Below are positions 11,103 through 22,320 of a stretch of DNA of 64,000 nt, piece after piece. The DNA comes from Mobula hypostoma (lineage: Eukaryota): positions 106,022,001 to 106,086,000 of the forward strand of contig NC_086097.1 in the NCBI RefSeq assembly GCF_963921235.1, in the 5' to 3' direction. Within the stretch, counting starts at the first letter, position 1. Each line of letters begins with the position of its first letter. The notes beneath the pieces were generated by a model that ran no database searches, was not told where the DNA came from, and saw nothing but the letters and a program-made list of their open reading frames with translations. The translations under genes and the position numbers were made by a program.

Positions 11103-12060
11103 GGAGAGTCCCTTGTCCTTTAGATGTAGCTATCCACTGAAGTCTTGACCTGAGGTGTTAGCCCTCCTAGGTTGGGCAATCTGTTTGTGAAGTTGATGTT
11201 GTTTTGTCTCACCGATATACAGATCTTTGCAGTTCTCATTGCATTGGTTAGCATATACAATAATGTTCTGTTTATGTTTGGGTGTAGGGTCCTTGGGGTG
11301 GATGAGTTTCTGTCTGAGTGTATTTGTAGGTTTGGAAAACATGGGGATTTGGTGTTGGTTGAAAATTCTTCTGAGTTTCTCTGACACTCCAGCTACACAT
11401 GTTTTTCCATCTGCTTTGCTCCTTACCTCTGTCTGTTGGGCTGATGTCCCTGCCGGTTTTTGTTGCTGTCTTGATGAAGGCTCAGTCAGGGTAGCCACAA
11501 GCTTTCAAGGCTTCTCCCAAATACTTGCGTTCCTTGTCTTTAGCTGTAATATGGGTGGTACATTCTCGGCGTGGTGATGTCTTGTTCTGATAACCCCCAA
11601 CTTATGTTCTAATGGGTGATGAGAATCAAACCATATGTACTGATCTGTGTGGGTTGGATTCCTATAAACTTCAATATCTAGATGTCCATTTTCTTTGATA
11701 AGTCCTGCACAGTCTAAAAAGGCCAATTCATTGTTCTTGACGTCTTCTCATGTAAAGTTGATGTAATCTGTGAAGGATTACACCTCATGGATTTTGATCT
11801 TGACCCAGGTGTCATCCATATACCCGAACCAATGACTGGGTGACGTTCTATGGAAAGTGTTCAAGGCTGTCCTTTCTACTTCTTCCATGTACAAGTTGGC
11901 TTCAATAGGAGATACCAGTGAACCCATGGTGCAACTGTGTTTCTGCCCGTAGAAGACATCTTCGTATTTGAAATAGGTAGTGTTGAGATGGAGGTAGAGT
12001 AGAATGCATACCTGATTCAAGTTGAATGTGGTTCTACTGTCCAGGGTACTATCCTGACAT
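11103..12060 (-). mobile_element. Penelope/Poseidon-type PLE fragment (RT + GIY-YIG), decayed
   Basis: YGQKHSCTMGSLVSPIEANLYME, GYMDDTWV, FLDC, VYRNPTHTDQY..FDSHHPLEHKLGV, IVYANQCNENCKDLYIGETKQ. Confidence 0.85.
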
Positions 12061-12065
12061 GAGGA

Positions 12066-13270
12066 CATATGCAGATGCTGGAAATCCAAGCAACACACAC
12101 AAAAAATGCTGGTGGAACGCAGCAGGCCAGGCAGCATCTATAGGAAGACGTTTGAATCCGGTCGACGTTTCGGGCCAGGACCCTTCGTCAGGACTAATTG
12201 AAAGAAAAGATAGTAAGAGATTTGAAAGTGGGAGGGGGAGGGGGAGATCCAAAATGATAGGAGAAGACAGGAGGGGAGGGGTGGATCTAAGAGCTGGAGA
12301 AGGGAGAGAATCATGGGACGGGAAGCCTGGGGAGAAAGAGAAGGGGAGAGGGGAGCCCGAAGGGTGGAGACGAGGCATCATAGTGAGAGGGACAGAGGGA
12401 GAAAAAAGAGAGAGAGGAAAAAAGGGGGGGGGATAAATATAGATAGATAGATAAATAAATAAATAAATAAATAAGGGATGGGGTGTGAAAGAGTATGGAG
12501 GGGCATTAACGGAAGTAAGAGAAGTCAGTATTCATGCTATCAGGTTGGAGGCTACCCAGACGGAATATAAGGTGTTGTTCCTCCAAACTGAGTGTGGCTT
12601 CATCTTGACAGTAGAGGAGGCCATGGATAGACATATCAGAATGGGAACGGGATGTGGAATTAAAATGTGTGGCCACTGGGAGATCTTGCTTTCTCTGGCG
12701 GACAGAGTGAAGGTGAACATTCTCCCAGCCTGCGTTGGGTCTCACCAATATACAGAAGGCCACACCGCGAGCACTGGACGCAGTATATCACCCCAGCCGA
12801 CTCACAGGCAAAGTGTCGCCTCACCTGGAAAGACTGTCTGGGGCCCTGAATGGTGGTGAGGGAGGAAGTGTAAGGGCATGTGGAACACTTGTTCCGCTTA
12901 CAAGGATAAGTGCCGGGAGGGAGATCGGTGGGAAGGGATGGGGGGGACAAATGGACAAGGGAGTTGTGTAGGCAGCGATCCCTGCGGAAAGCAGAAGCGG
13001 GGGGAGGGAAAGATATGCTTGGTGGTGGGAACCCGTTGGAGATGGCGGAAGTTACGGAGAATTATATGTTGGACTCAGAGGCTAGTGGGGTAGTAGGTGA
13101 GGACAAGGGGAACCCTCTTCCTAGTGGGGTGGCGGGAGGATGGGGTGAGAACAGATGTGCATGAAATGGGAGAGATGCGTTTGAGAGCAGAGTTGATGGT
13201 GGAGGAAGGGAAGCCTCTTTCTTTAAAAAAGGAAGACATCTCCTTCGTCCTGGAATGAAAAGCCTCATCG
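12066..13270 (-). mobile_element. Neptune-like PLE 3' part (Cys linker, GIY-YIG, 3' UTR, hammerhead, tail)
   Basis: GTYPCKRNKCSTCP...VIYCVQCSRCGLLYIGET; polypyrimidine UTR; tail ...gatttccagcatctgca. Confidence 0.9.
12159..12196 (-). ncRNA. Minimal hammerhead ribozyme motif, core intact
   Basis: Minus strand: AGUC-CUGACGA-A-GGGU(CCUG)GCCC-GAAA-CG-UC^GACC. Both conserved boxes and a palindromic ACGU helix III are present. Confidence 0.75.
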
Positions 13271-13830
13271 AATCCTACATGAGAACTCCCATGTCCCCCA
13301 GCACTTCTGATTTTTGATTTTCTCCCCTTTTAGAAAATAGTTCGCACCTTTATTCTTTGTGATATTGCATCTCCCCCAATCTGTCTAAGCCCTTCTGCAT
13401 TCAGTCTGCTTCTTAACACAGCTTGCGCCTCCACCTATCTTTGTACCATCCACAAACATGACCATAAAGTCATCAATTCCTTCATCCAAATCATTGATAT
13501 GCAGCATGATCCCAACACTGACTGACCCCTGTGGTACTCTACTAGTCACCAGCAACCAACCAGTAAAAGGCCCCCATTATTCCCACTCTTTGTCTCCTGC
13601 CAGCCAGCCAATCTGATACCTTTCTTCTAATACCATGGGTATTTTGTTAAGCAGTCTCATGTGTGGCACCTTGTCAAAGTCCTTCTGAAAATCCAAGTAA
13701 ACAACATCCACTGACTCTCCTTTGTCTATCCTGCTTATTTATTATTTCCTCTAAGAATTCCAACAGATTTGTAAGGCAAGATTTTCCCTGATGAAAACCA
13801 TGCTGACATTGGCCTATTTTATCATGTGTG
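13271..13830 (-). mobile_element. Old CR1 ORF2 fragment, continuing at 19265-20030 on the other side of the younger CR1
   Basis: QHGFxxGKSCLTNLLEF...DFQKDFDKVPH remnants; joins the NYRPVSLTS region at ~19300. Confidence 0.7.
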
Positions 13831-14312
13831 TTAAATGATAACATCAGAGAAGGAAGTCTGAGAATCGGAGCGGGAGTGCGGCGGAAGCCATTTTGATTTT
13901 TTTCTTTTTCTCATCGGAGTTAAGAGAGGCGAGACTGCACAGGTGTGTGACGTCGGGCAGTGAAGCGCGGAAGATTTAAAAAGTCAGAAATTCTGATTCA
14001 GGTTTAATTCAGAGAAGGAAGTCTGAGAATCAGAGCAGGAATGCAGCAGAACCCATTTAGATATTTTCTTTTTCTTATCAGAGTTAAGAGAGGTGAGACT
14101 GCACAGGTGTGTGACATCGGGCAGTGAAGCGCGGAAGATTTAAAAGGAACACAGCCTTATACAGCGGGCAGCATCGTTTTGCGGGCAACGGAGTGAGCTG
14201 GGAGCAGGGTGAAGGCTTAAGGGCTTTGGCTCAATGGGCTTAGGCAGAAACGGGCGAGGCAAAGTAGGTTTGGTTTTCAATTTTCCCTGTTATTTGAGGA
14301 AAGGAGGAAGTA

Positions 14313-14794
14313 AGTCATAGTCATAGTCATAGTCATACTTTATTGATCCCAGGGGGAAATTGGTTTTCGTTACAGTTGCACCATAAATAATAAATAGTCA
14401 TAGAACCATAAATAGGTAATAGTAATATGTAAATTATGCCAGTAAATTATGAAATAAGTCCAGGACCAGCCTATTGGCACAGGGTGTCTGACCCTCCAAG
14501 GGAAGAGTTGTAAAGTTTGATGGCCACAGGAAGGAATGACATCCTATGACGCTCTGTGCTACATTTTGGAGGAATGAGTCTCTAGCTGAATGTACTCCTG
14601 TGCTGACCCAATACATTATGTAGTGGATGGGAGACATTGACCAAGATGGCATGCAACTTAGACATTATCCTCTTTTCAGACACCACTGTGAGAGAGTCCA
14701 GTTCCATCCCCACAACATCACTGGCCTTACGAATAAGTTTGTTGATTCTGTTGGTGTCTGCTACCCTCAGGCTGCTGCCCCAGCACACAACATC
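14313..14794 (-). mobile_element. Rex1/Babar LINE 3' fragment inserted at the CR1 ORF1 start codon
   Basis: CWGSSLRVADTNRINKLIRKASDVVG...SHPLH; (GACTAT)n tail; TSD AAGTA (14308-14312, 14795-14799). Confidence 0.8.
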
Positions 14795-14798
14795 AAGT

Positions 14799-15698
14799 AT
14801 GAGTGTGACGGCAGCTTGCTGTTCTCAGTGTCGGATGTGGGAGGTCCTGGAATCTCCTAGCCTCCCGGACGTCCACATCTGCACCAGGTGCGCCAAGCTG
14901 CAGCTCCTAAGGGACCGTGTTAGGGAACTGGAGCTGCAGCTTGATGACCTTCGTCTGGTCAGGGAGAGTGAGGAGTTGATAGAGAGGAATTACAGGCAGG
15001 TTGTCACACCGGGGCCTCGGGAGGCAGGCAAGTGGGTCACGGTTAGGAGGGGGAAGGGGAAATGTCAGGTACTAGAAAGTACCTCAGTGGCTGTGCCCCT
15101 TGACAATAAGTACTCCTGTTTGAGTACAGTTGTGGGGGGGGGGACAGTTTACCTGGCGGAAGTAATAGTATGGAGCATAGAGCATACAGTCTGGCCCTGT
15201 AGCTCAGAAGGGTAGGGAAAGGAAGAGGAGGGCAGTAGTAATAGGGGACTCAATAGTTAGGGGGTCAGATAGATGATTCTGTGGACGCAGTCAGGAGACC
15301 CGGATGGTAGTTTGCCTCCCTGGTGCCAGGGTCCGGGATGTTTCTGATCGTGTCCAAGATATCCTGAAGTAGGAGGGTGAGGAGCCAGAGGTCGTGGGAT
15401 AAGGGAAGAGGTCCTGAAAAGAGAATATAGGGAGTTGAGAAGAAGGACCGCAAAGTTAGTAATCTCTGGATTACTGCCTGTGCCACGCGACAGTGAGAGT
15501 AGGAATGGAATGAGGTGGAGGATAAATGAGTGGCTGAGGGATTGGAGCAGGAGGCAGAGATCCAAGTTTCTGGATCATTGGGACCTCTCTTGGTGCAGGT
15601 GTGAGCTGTACAAAAAGGATGGGTTGCACTTGAATCCTCGGGGGACCAATATCCTGGTGGGGAGATTTGCAAAGGCTACTGGGGAGACTTCAAACTAG
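14799..15698 (+). pseudogene. CR1 ORF1 (Zn finger, leucine zipper, SGNH esterase-like), disrupted
   Basis: MSVTAACCSQCRMWEV...HICTRCAKLQLLRDRVRELELQL; VIGDSIVRG; CLPGARV; KDGLHLNPRG. Confidence 0.85.
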
Positions 15699-15899
15699 AA
15701 TGGTTGGGGGGTGGGAATCAAATTGAAGAGACTAGGAGAGAGGAGCTTAGTTCACAAACAGAGAAAGCTAGTAGACAGTGTGTGAGGGAGGATAGGCAGG
15801 GGACAGAGAATGGAAGCACTCAGACCAAAGATGTAGGGGAGGAGGAAGAAAAAGATAACAAAGTTGTTTGCACCATTAGGGATAATTAGAGAGGAAGAG

Positions 15900-18800
15900 G
15901 TGGTGAGTTTCTGAAATGCATCTATTTTAATGCTAGGAGCATTGTAAGAAAGGTGGAGGAGCTTAGAACATGGATTGATACCTGGAAATATGATGTTGTA
16001 GTTATTAGTGAAACATAGTTGCAGGAGGGGTGTGATTGGCAACTAAATATTCCTGGATTTTGTTGCTTCAGGTGTGATAGAATCAGAGGGGCTAGAGGGG
16101 GAGGTGTTGCATTGCTTGTCAGAGAAAATATTACAGCAGTGCTTTGGCAGGATAAATTAGAGTACCCGTCTAGGGAGGCTATTTGGGTGGAATTGAGGAA
16201 TGGGAAAGGTGTATTATAAGGGTGTATTATTGATCACCTAATGGGGAGCAAGAGTTGGAAGAGCAAATTTTTAAGGAGATAGCAGATATTTGTAGTAAGC
16301 ACAAGGCTATGATTGTGGGAGATTTTAATTTTCCACACATTGATTGGGAAACCCATTCTGTAAAAGGGCTGGATGGTTTGGAGTTTGTAAAATGTGTGCA
16401 AGAAAGTTTTTAGCAGCAATACAAAGAGGTACCAACTCAAGAAGGGGCAGTGTTGGATCTCCTGTTAGGGAATGAGATAGGTGTCAGGTGATGGAGGTAT
16501 GTGTTGGGGAGCACTTCGGATCCAGTGATCACAATGCCATTAGATTCAATATAATTATGGAGAAGGATAGGACTGGACCCAGGGTTGAGACTTTTGATTG
16601 GAGAAAGGCTAACTTTGAGGAGATGCGAAAGGATTTAGAAGGAGCGGAGTGGGACAATTTGTTTTATGGGAAGGATGTAATTGAGAAATGGAGGTCATTT
16701 AAAGGTGAAATGTTGAGGGTACAGAATCTTTATGTTCCTGTTAGGTTGAAAGGAAAGGTTAAAAGTTTGAAAGAGCCATGGTTTTCAAGGGATATTGGAA
16801 ACTTGGTTCAGAAAAAGAGAGAGATCTACAATAAATATAGGCAACTTGGAGTAGATGTGGTGCTCGAGGAACATAAAGAATGTGAAAAGAATCTTACAAA
16901 AGAAATTAGAAAAGCTAAAAGAAGATACGAGGTTGACTTGGCAAGTAGGGTGAAAATAAATCTAAAGTGTTTTTACAGTTATACTAATAGCAAAAGGATA
17001 GCGAGGGATAAAATTGGTCCCTTAGAGAATCAGAGTGGACGGCTATGTGCAGAGCCAAAAGTGATGGGGGAGATTTTGAACAATTACTTTTCTTCAATAT
17101 TCACGAAGAAGAAGGATATTGAATTGTGTAAAGTAAGGGAAACAAGTAGGGTAGTTATGGAAACTATGATGATTAAAGAAGAGGAAGTACTGGCACTTCA
17201 AAGGAATATAAAATTGGATAAGTCTCCAGGTCCTGACAGGATATTCCTTAGAACCTTGAGGGAAGTTAGTGTGGAAGTAGCAGGGGCTCGGACAGAAATA
17301 TTTCAAATGTCATTAGAAACGGGTATGGTGCCGGAGGATTGGCGTATTGCTCATGTTGTTCCATTGTTTAAAAAGGATTCGAGTACAGGAGCAGGGAGGT
17401 ACTACTGCAGTTGTACAAGGCCTTGGTGAGACCGCACCTGGAGTATTGTGTGCAGTTTTGGTCCCCTAATCTGAGGAAAGACATCCTTGCCATAGAGGGA
17501 GTACAAAGAAGGTTCACCAGATTGATTCCTGGGTTGGCAGGACTTTCATATGAAGAAAGACTGGATGAACTGGGCTTGTACTCGTTGGAATTTAGAAGAT
17601 TGAGGGGGGATCTGATTGAAACGTATAAAATCCTAAAGGGATTGGACAGGCTAGATACAGGAAGATTGTTCCCGATGTTGGGGAAGTCCAGAACAAGGGG
17701 TCACAGTTTGAGGATAAAGGAGAAGCCTTTTAGGACCGAGATTAGGAGAAACTTCTTCACAGAGAGAGTGGTGAATCTGTGGAATTCTCTGCCACAGGAA
17801 GCAGTTGAGGCCAGTTCATTGGCTATATTTAAGAGGGAGTTAGATATGGCCCTTGTGGCTACGGGGATCAGGGGGTATGGAGGGAAGGCTGGGGCGGGGT
17901 TCTGAGTTGGGTGATCAGCCATGATCATAATAAATGGCGGTGCAGGCTCGAAGGGCCGAATGGCTGTTGTTATAAATGCCAGCATACCATTCGCCTTTTT
18001 CACCGCCAGCTGTACCTGCATGCCCACTTTCAATGACTGGTGTATAATGACACCCAGGTCTCGTTGCACCTCCCGTTTTCCTAATCAGCCACCATTCAGT
18101 TAGGAAGGAAATTAGTTAGGAAGGTTCAATCCTTAGGTATTAATATTGCAGTAGTGAAATGGATTCAGCAGTGGCTGAATGGGAGACGCCAGGGAGGAAT
18201 GGTAGATAACTGTGAGTCAGATTAGAGGCCGGTGTCTTGTGGTGTGCCTTAGGGATCTGTACCAGGTCCAATGTTGTTTGTCATATATATTAATGATCTG
18301 GATGATGGGGTGGTAAATTGGATTAGTAAGTAAGCAGATGATACTAAGATAGGTGGAGTTGTGGACAATGAAGTAGATTTTCAAAGCTTGCGGAGAGATT
18401 TAGACCACTTAGAAGAGTGGGCTGAAAGATGGCAGATGGAGTTTAATGTTGATAAATGTGAGGTGCTGCACATTTGTGAGCTGTAGGACTAATCAAAATA
18501 GGACATACATGGTAAATGGTAGGGCATTGAAGAATGCAGTAGAACAGAGGGATCTAGGAATAATGGTGCATAGTTCCCTGAAGGTGGAATCTCATGTGGA
18601 TAGGGTGGTGAAGAAAGCTTTTGGTATGCTGGCCTTTATAAATCAGAGCATTGAGTATAGGAGTTGGGATGTAATGTTGAAATTGTTCAAGGCATTGGTA
18701 AGGCCAAATTTGGAGTATTGTGTACAGTTCTGGTCACCAAATTATAGGAAAGATGTCAACAAAATTGAGAGAGTACAGAGAAGATTTACTGGAACGTTGC

Positions 18801-19183
18801 CTGGGTTTCATCTCCTAAATTACAGAGAAAGGTTGAACAAGCTGGCTCTTTATTCTTTGGAGCGTAGAAGGTTGAGGGGGGACTTGATGGAGGTATTCAA
18901 AATTATGAGAGGGATAGGTAGAGTTGACGTGGATAGGCTTTTTTTCCATTGAGAGTGGGGGAGATTCAAACAAGAGGACATGTGTTGAGAGTTAAAAGGG
19001 AAAAGTTTAGGGGTAACATGAGGGGGAACTTCTTTACTCAGAGAGTGGCAGCTGTGTGGGAACGAGCTTCCAGCAGAAGTGGTTGAGGCAGGTTCGATGT
19101 TGTTGTTTAAAGTTAAATTGGATAGCTACATGGACAGGAAGGGAATGGAGGGTTATGGGCTGAGTGCAGGTCGGTGGGACTAG
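15900..19183 (+). pseudogene. CR1 ORF2 (APE endonuclease + reverse transcriptase), disrupted
   Basis: CIYFNARSI, GGGVALLV, VGDFNFPHIDW, GSSDHNAI, SPGPD, VVPLFKK, ADDTK, LVRPNLEYCVQFWSP. Confidence 0.9.
17374..18100. mobile_element. Rearranged young CR1 piece replacing part of the host RT
   Basis: 17374-17963 is the 3' end of the 62645-64000 family in + orientation, without its tail. 17968-18100 is the adjoining upstream part, inverted. Confidence 0.8.
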
Positions 19184-20032
19184 GTGAGAGTAAGAGTTCA
19201 GCACGGACTGGAATGGCCGAGATGGCCTGCTTCAGTGCTGAAATTGCTATATGGTTATATGGTGTTCAAGTGCTCTGAAAGCTCATCCTTAATAATAGAA
19301 TCCAATATCTTTCCAACTGAAGTCAGGCTAACTGGCCTATAATTTCCTTTCTTCTGATTCCATCCCCACCCCCCCAGCCTTAAAGAGTGGAGTAGTATTT
19401 GCAATTTTCCAGTCCTCAGGAAACATTCCAGTATTTAGTGATGGTTGAAAGATCATTACTCCGCCATCTCTTCAGCTACCTCTTGCAGACCCCTGGGGTA
19501 TAGTCCATCTGGTCCAGGTAACTTATCTACCTTTAGACATTTCAGCTTCCCAAGGGCCTTTTCCCTATCAATAGCAATGATACTCACTTCTGCCCTCTGT
19601 CACTCTCACATTTCTGACTTCTGCTGGTGTCTTCCACAATGAAGACTGACACAATTCATCCCCCATTCATCCCCCATTACTACCTCTCTAGTGTCATTTT
19701 CCAGCAGTCTCACATCCACTTTTATCTCTCTCTTACTCTTTAGACACCTAAAAAAAATTTTTGCATCCTCTCTTATATTACTGGCTTGCTTTTCTTCTTT
19801 TCTCTCTTTATGGCTTTGTAGTTGCTTTCTGTTGGTTCATTAAGTTTTCACCTCTACCTTCCCACTAATTTATGCTATGTTATATGCCCTGTCTTTTGCT
19901 TTTATGTTGTCTTTGAATTCCCTTGTCAGCCAATGTTGCCCCATCATTCCTTTAGAATACTTCATCTTTGGGATAAAACTTTCCTGCACCTTCCAAATTT
20001 CCCCCAGAAACACCAGCCACTGCTTTCTGCCA

Positions 20033-22320
20033 TACTCACAACTCGTTGGAGGAACTCAGCGGGTTGGGCAGCATCTGTGGAAAAGATCGGTTGACGTTTC
20101 GGGCCAGAACCCTTCGTCAGGACTTCGTCAGAGAGAAGGGGCAGAGGCCCTATAAAGAAGGTGGGGGGAGGGTGGGAAGGAGAAGGCTGGTAGGTTCCAG
20201 ATGAGAAACCAGTAAGGGGAAAAATAAAGAGGAAGCAGGGAGGTGATAGGCAGGAAAAGTGAAGAAGGAATAGGGGAAAACTAATGGGCAGTAGAAGGAG
20301 GCGGAACCATGAGGGAGGTGATAGGCAGCTGGGGGAGGGGGCAAAGTGACATAGGGATAGAGGAAGGGAGGGGGAGGGAATTACCAGAAGTTGGAGAATT
20401 CTATGTTCATACCAAGGGGCTGGACCCTACCTAGACAGTATATGAGGTGTTGCTCCTCCAACCTGAGTTTAGCCTCATCATGGCAGTAGAGGAGGCCATG
20501 TATGGACATATTTGAATGGGAATGGGAAGCAGCGTTGAAGTGGGTAGCTACCGGGAGATCCTATCTGTTGTGGCGGACGGAGTGGAGGTGCTCGATGAAG
20601 CGGTCCCCCTATCTGCGTCCAGTTTCACCGATGTAGAGGAGGCCGCACCGGGAGCACCGGATGCAATAGATGACCTCAACAGACTCACAAGTGAAGTGTT
20701 GTCTCACCTGGAAGGACTGTTTGGGGCCCTGAATGGTTGCAAGAGATGAGGTGTAGGGACAGGTGTAGCACTTATGTTTACAGCGATAAGTGCCAGGTGG
20801 GAGATCAGTGGGGATGGACTTGCGGATAAGGGAGTCACGGAGGGACCAATCCCTGCAGAAAGCGGAGAGAGGTGGAGAGGGAAAGATGTGCTTAGTGGTG
20901 GGGTCCTGTTGAAGGTGGCAGAAGTTGTGGAGGATAATGTGCTGGATCTGGAGGCTGGCGGGGTGGTAGGTAAGGACAAGGGGAACTCTGTCCCTGTTGT
21001 AGTTGCGGGAGGATGCGGTGAGGGCCAAAGTGCAGGAAATGGAGGAGATGCGCGTGAGGGCATCATTGATGACGGTAGAAGGGAAACCATGATCCTTAAA
21101 GAAAGAGGATATTTGAGATGTCCTGGAACGGAAAGCCTCAATCTCGGAGCAGATATGACGGAGACAGAGGAACTGGGAACAGGGAATGGCATTTTTGCAT
21201 GTGATGGGGTGGGAAGAGGTATAGTTGAGGTAGTTATGAGAGTCAGTGGGCTTTGTAGAAGATGTCAGTGGACAGTCTGTCTCTAGAGATGGAGACCGAG
21301 ACATCGAGAAAGGAGAGAGAAGTGTCTGAGATACAGCAAGTGAATTTGAGGGCTGGGTGGAAGTTTGAAGTAAAATCGATGAAATCGACGAGCTCAGCAT
21401 GGGTGCAGGAAGCAGCACCAATGTAGTCGTCAATGTACCGAAGGAAAAGTTGGGGAGCAGTACCAGAACAGGTTTGGAGCACAGACTGTTCCACATAACC
21501 AGCGAAGAGGCAGGTGTAGCTGGGTCCCATGCGAGTTCCCATAGCTACACCCTTAGTCTGAAGAAGGTGGGAAGAGCCAAAAGAGAAGTTATTAAGTGTG
21601 AGAACCAGTTCCGCCAACCGGAGGAGGGTAGTGGTGGTGGGGAACTGGTGACGTCTATTATCCAGGAAGTAGCGGAGGGCTTTGAGGCCTTCTTGATGGG
21701 GAATGGAGGTGTATAAGGATTGGACATCCATAGTAAAAATGTAGCAGTTAGGACCGGGGAATTGGAAGTTATTGAAGAGGTGGAGGGCATGGGGTGTATC
21801 CCGGATGTAGGTGGGGAGGGACTGAACTATGGGTGACAAAATGGAGTCCAGGTAGGCGGATACAGGTTCGGTGGGACAGGAGCAGGCAGAAACTATGGGT
21901 CTACCGGGACAGTCAAGCTTGTGTATCTTTGGGAAGAGGTAAAACCGAGCGGTACGGGGTGTGGGAATAATGAGTTTAGCGGCTGAGGATGGAAGGTCTC
22001 CGGAGTTGATAAGGGTGGTGATGGTGCTGGAGACAATGGTTTGATGTTTTTTGGTGGGGTCCTGTTATTTTAGTAAATTTTAGTAAATCTCCTCTGTACT
22101 CTCTCAATTTTATTGACATCTTTCCTATAATTCGGTGACCAGAACTGTACATAATACTCCAAATTTGGCTTCACCAATGCCTTATACAATTTCAACATTA
22201 CATCCCAACTCCTATACTCAGTGCTCTGATTAACAAAGGCCAGCATACCAAAGGCTTTCTTCACCACCCTATCCACCTTCAGGGAACTATGCACCATTAT
22301 TCCTAGATCCCTCTGTTCTA
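20033..22320 (-). mobile_element. Chimeric element copy 1: CR1 fragment + (TTTACTAAAA)2 + Neptune-like PLE
   Basis: 22088-22320 is CR1 (...VQRRFT). 20033-22066 is PLE: RT (LPKIHK, MDVQSLYTSIP, GVAMGTRMGP, RYIDD), GIY-YIG and HHR. Confidence 0.9.
20089..20124 (-). ncRNA. Minimal hammerhead motif (stem I mismatch)
   Basis: Minus strand: AGUC-CUGACGA-A-GGGU(UCUG)GCCC-GAAA-CG-UC^AACC. Confidence 0.6.

Larger units (their letters stand above)
13844..19261 (+). mobile_element. Near full-length CR1 LINE (5' UTR, ORF1, ORF2, tail) with two nested insertions
   Basis: 5' UTR, ORF1 from 14799, APE+RT ORF2, (TATATGGT)n tail. Approximate TSD gtgttaaatg / gtgttcaagtg. Confidence 0.9.

Noticed and set aside
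14637..15215. 192-aa ORF as a novel gene
   Set aside because: It is antisense Rex1 sequence running into CR1 ORF1; the real start is 14799.
22070..22297. CR1-PLE fusion protein
   Set aside because: The CR1 frame stops at ...RFTKIY* in both copies, and the PLE frame is offset in copy 1.
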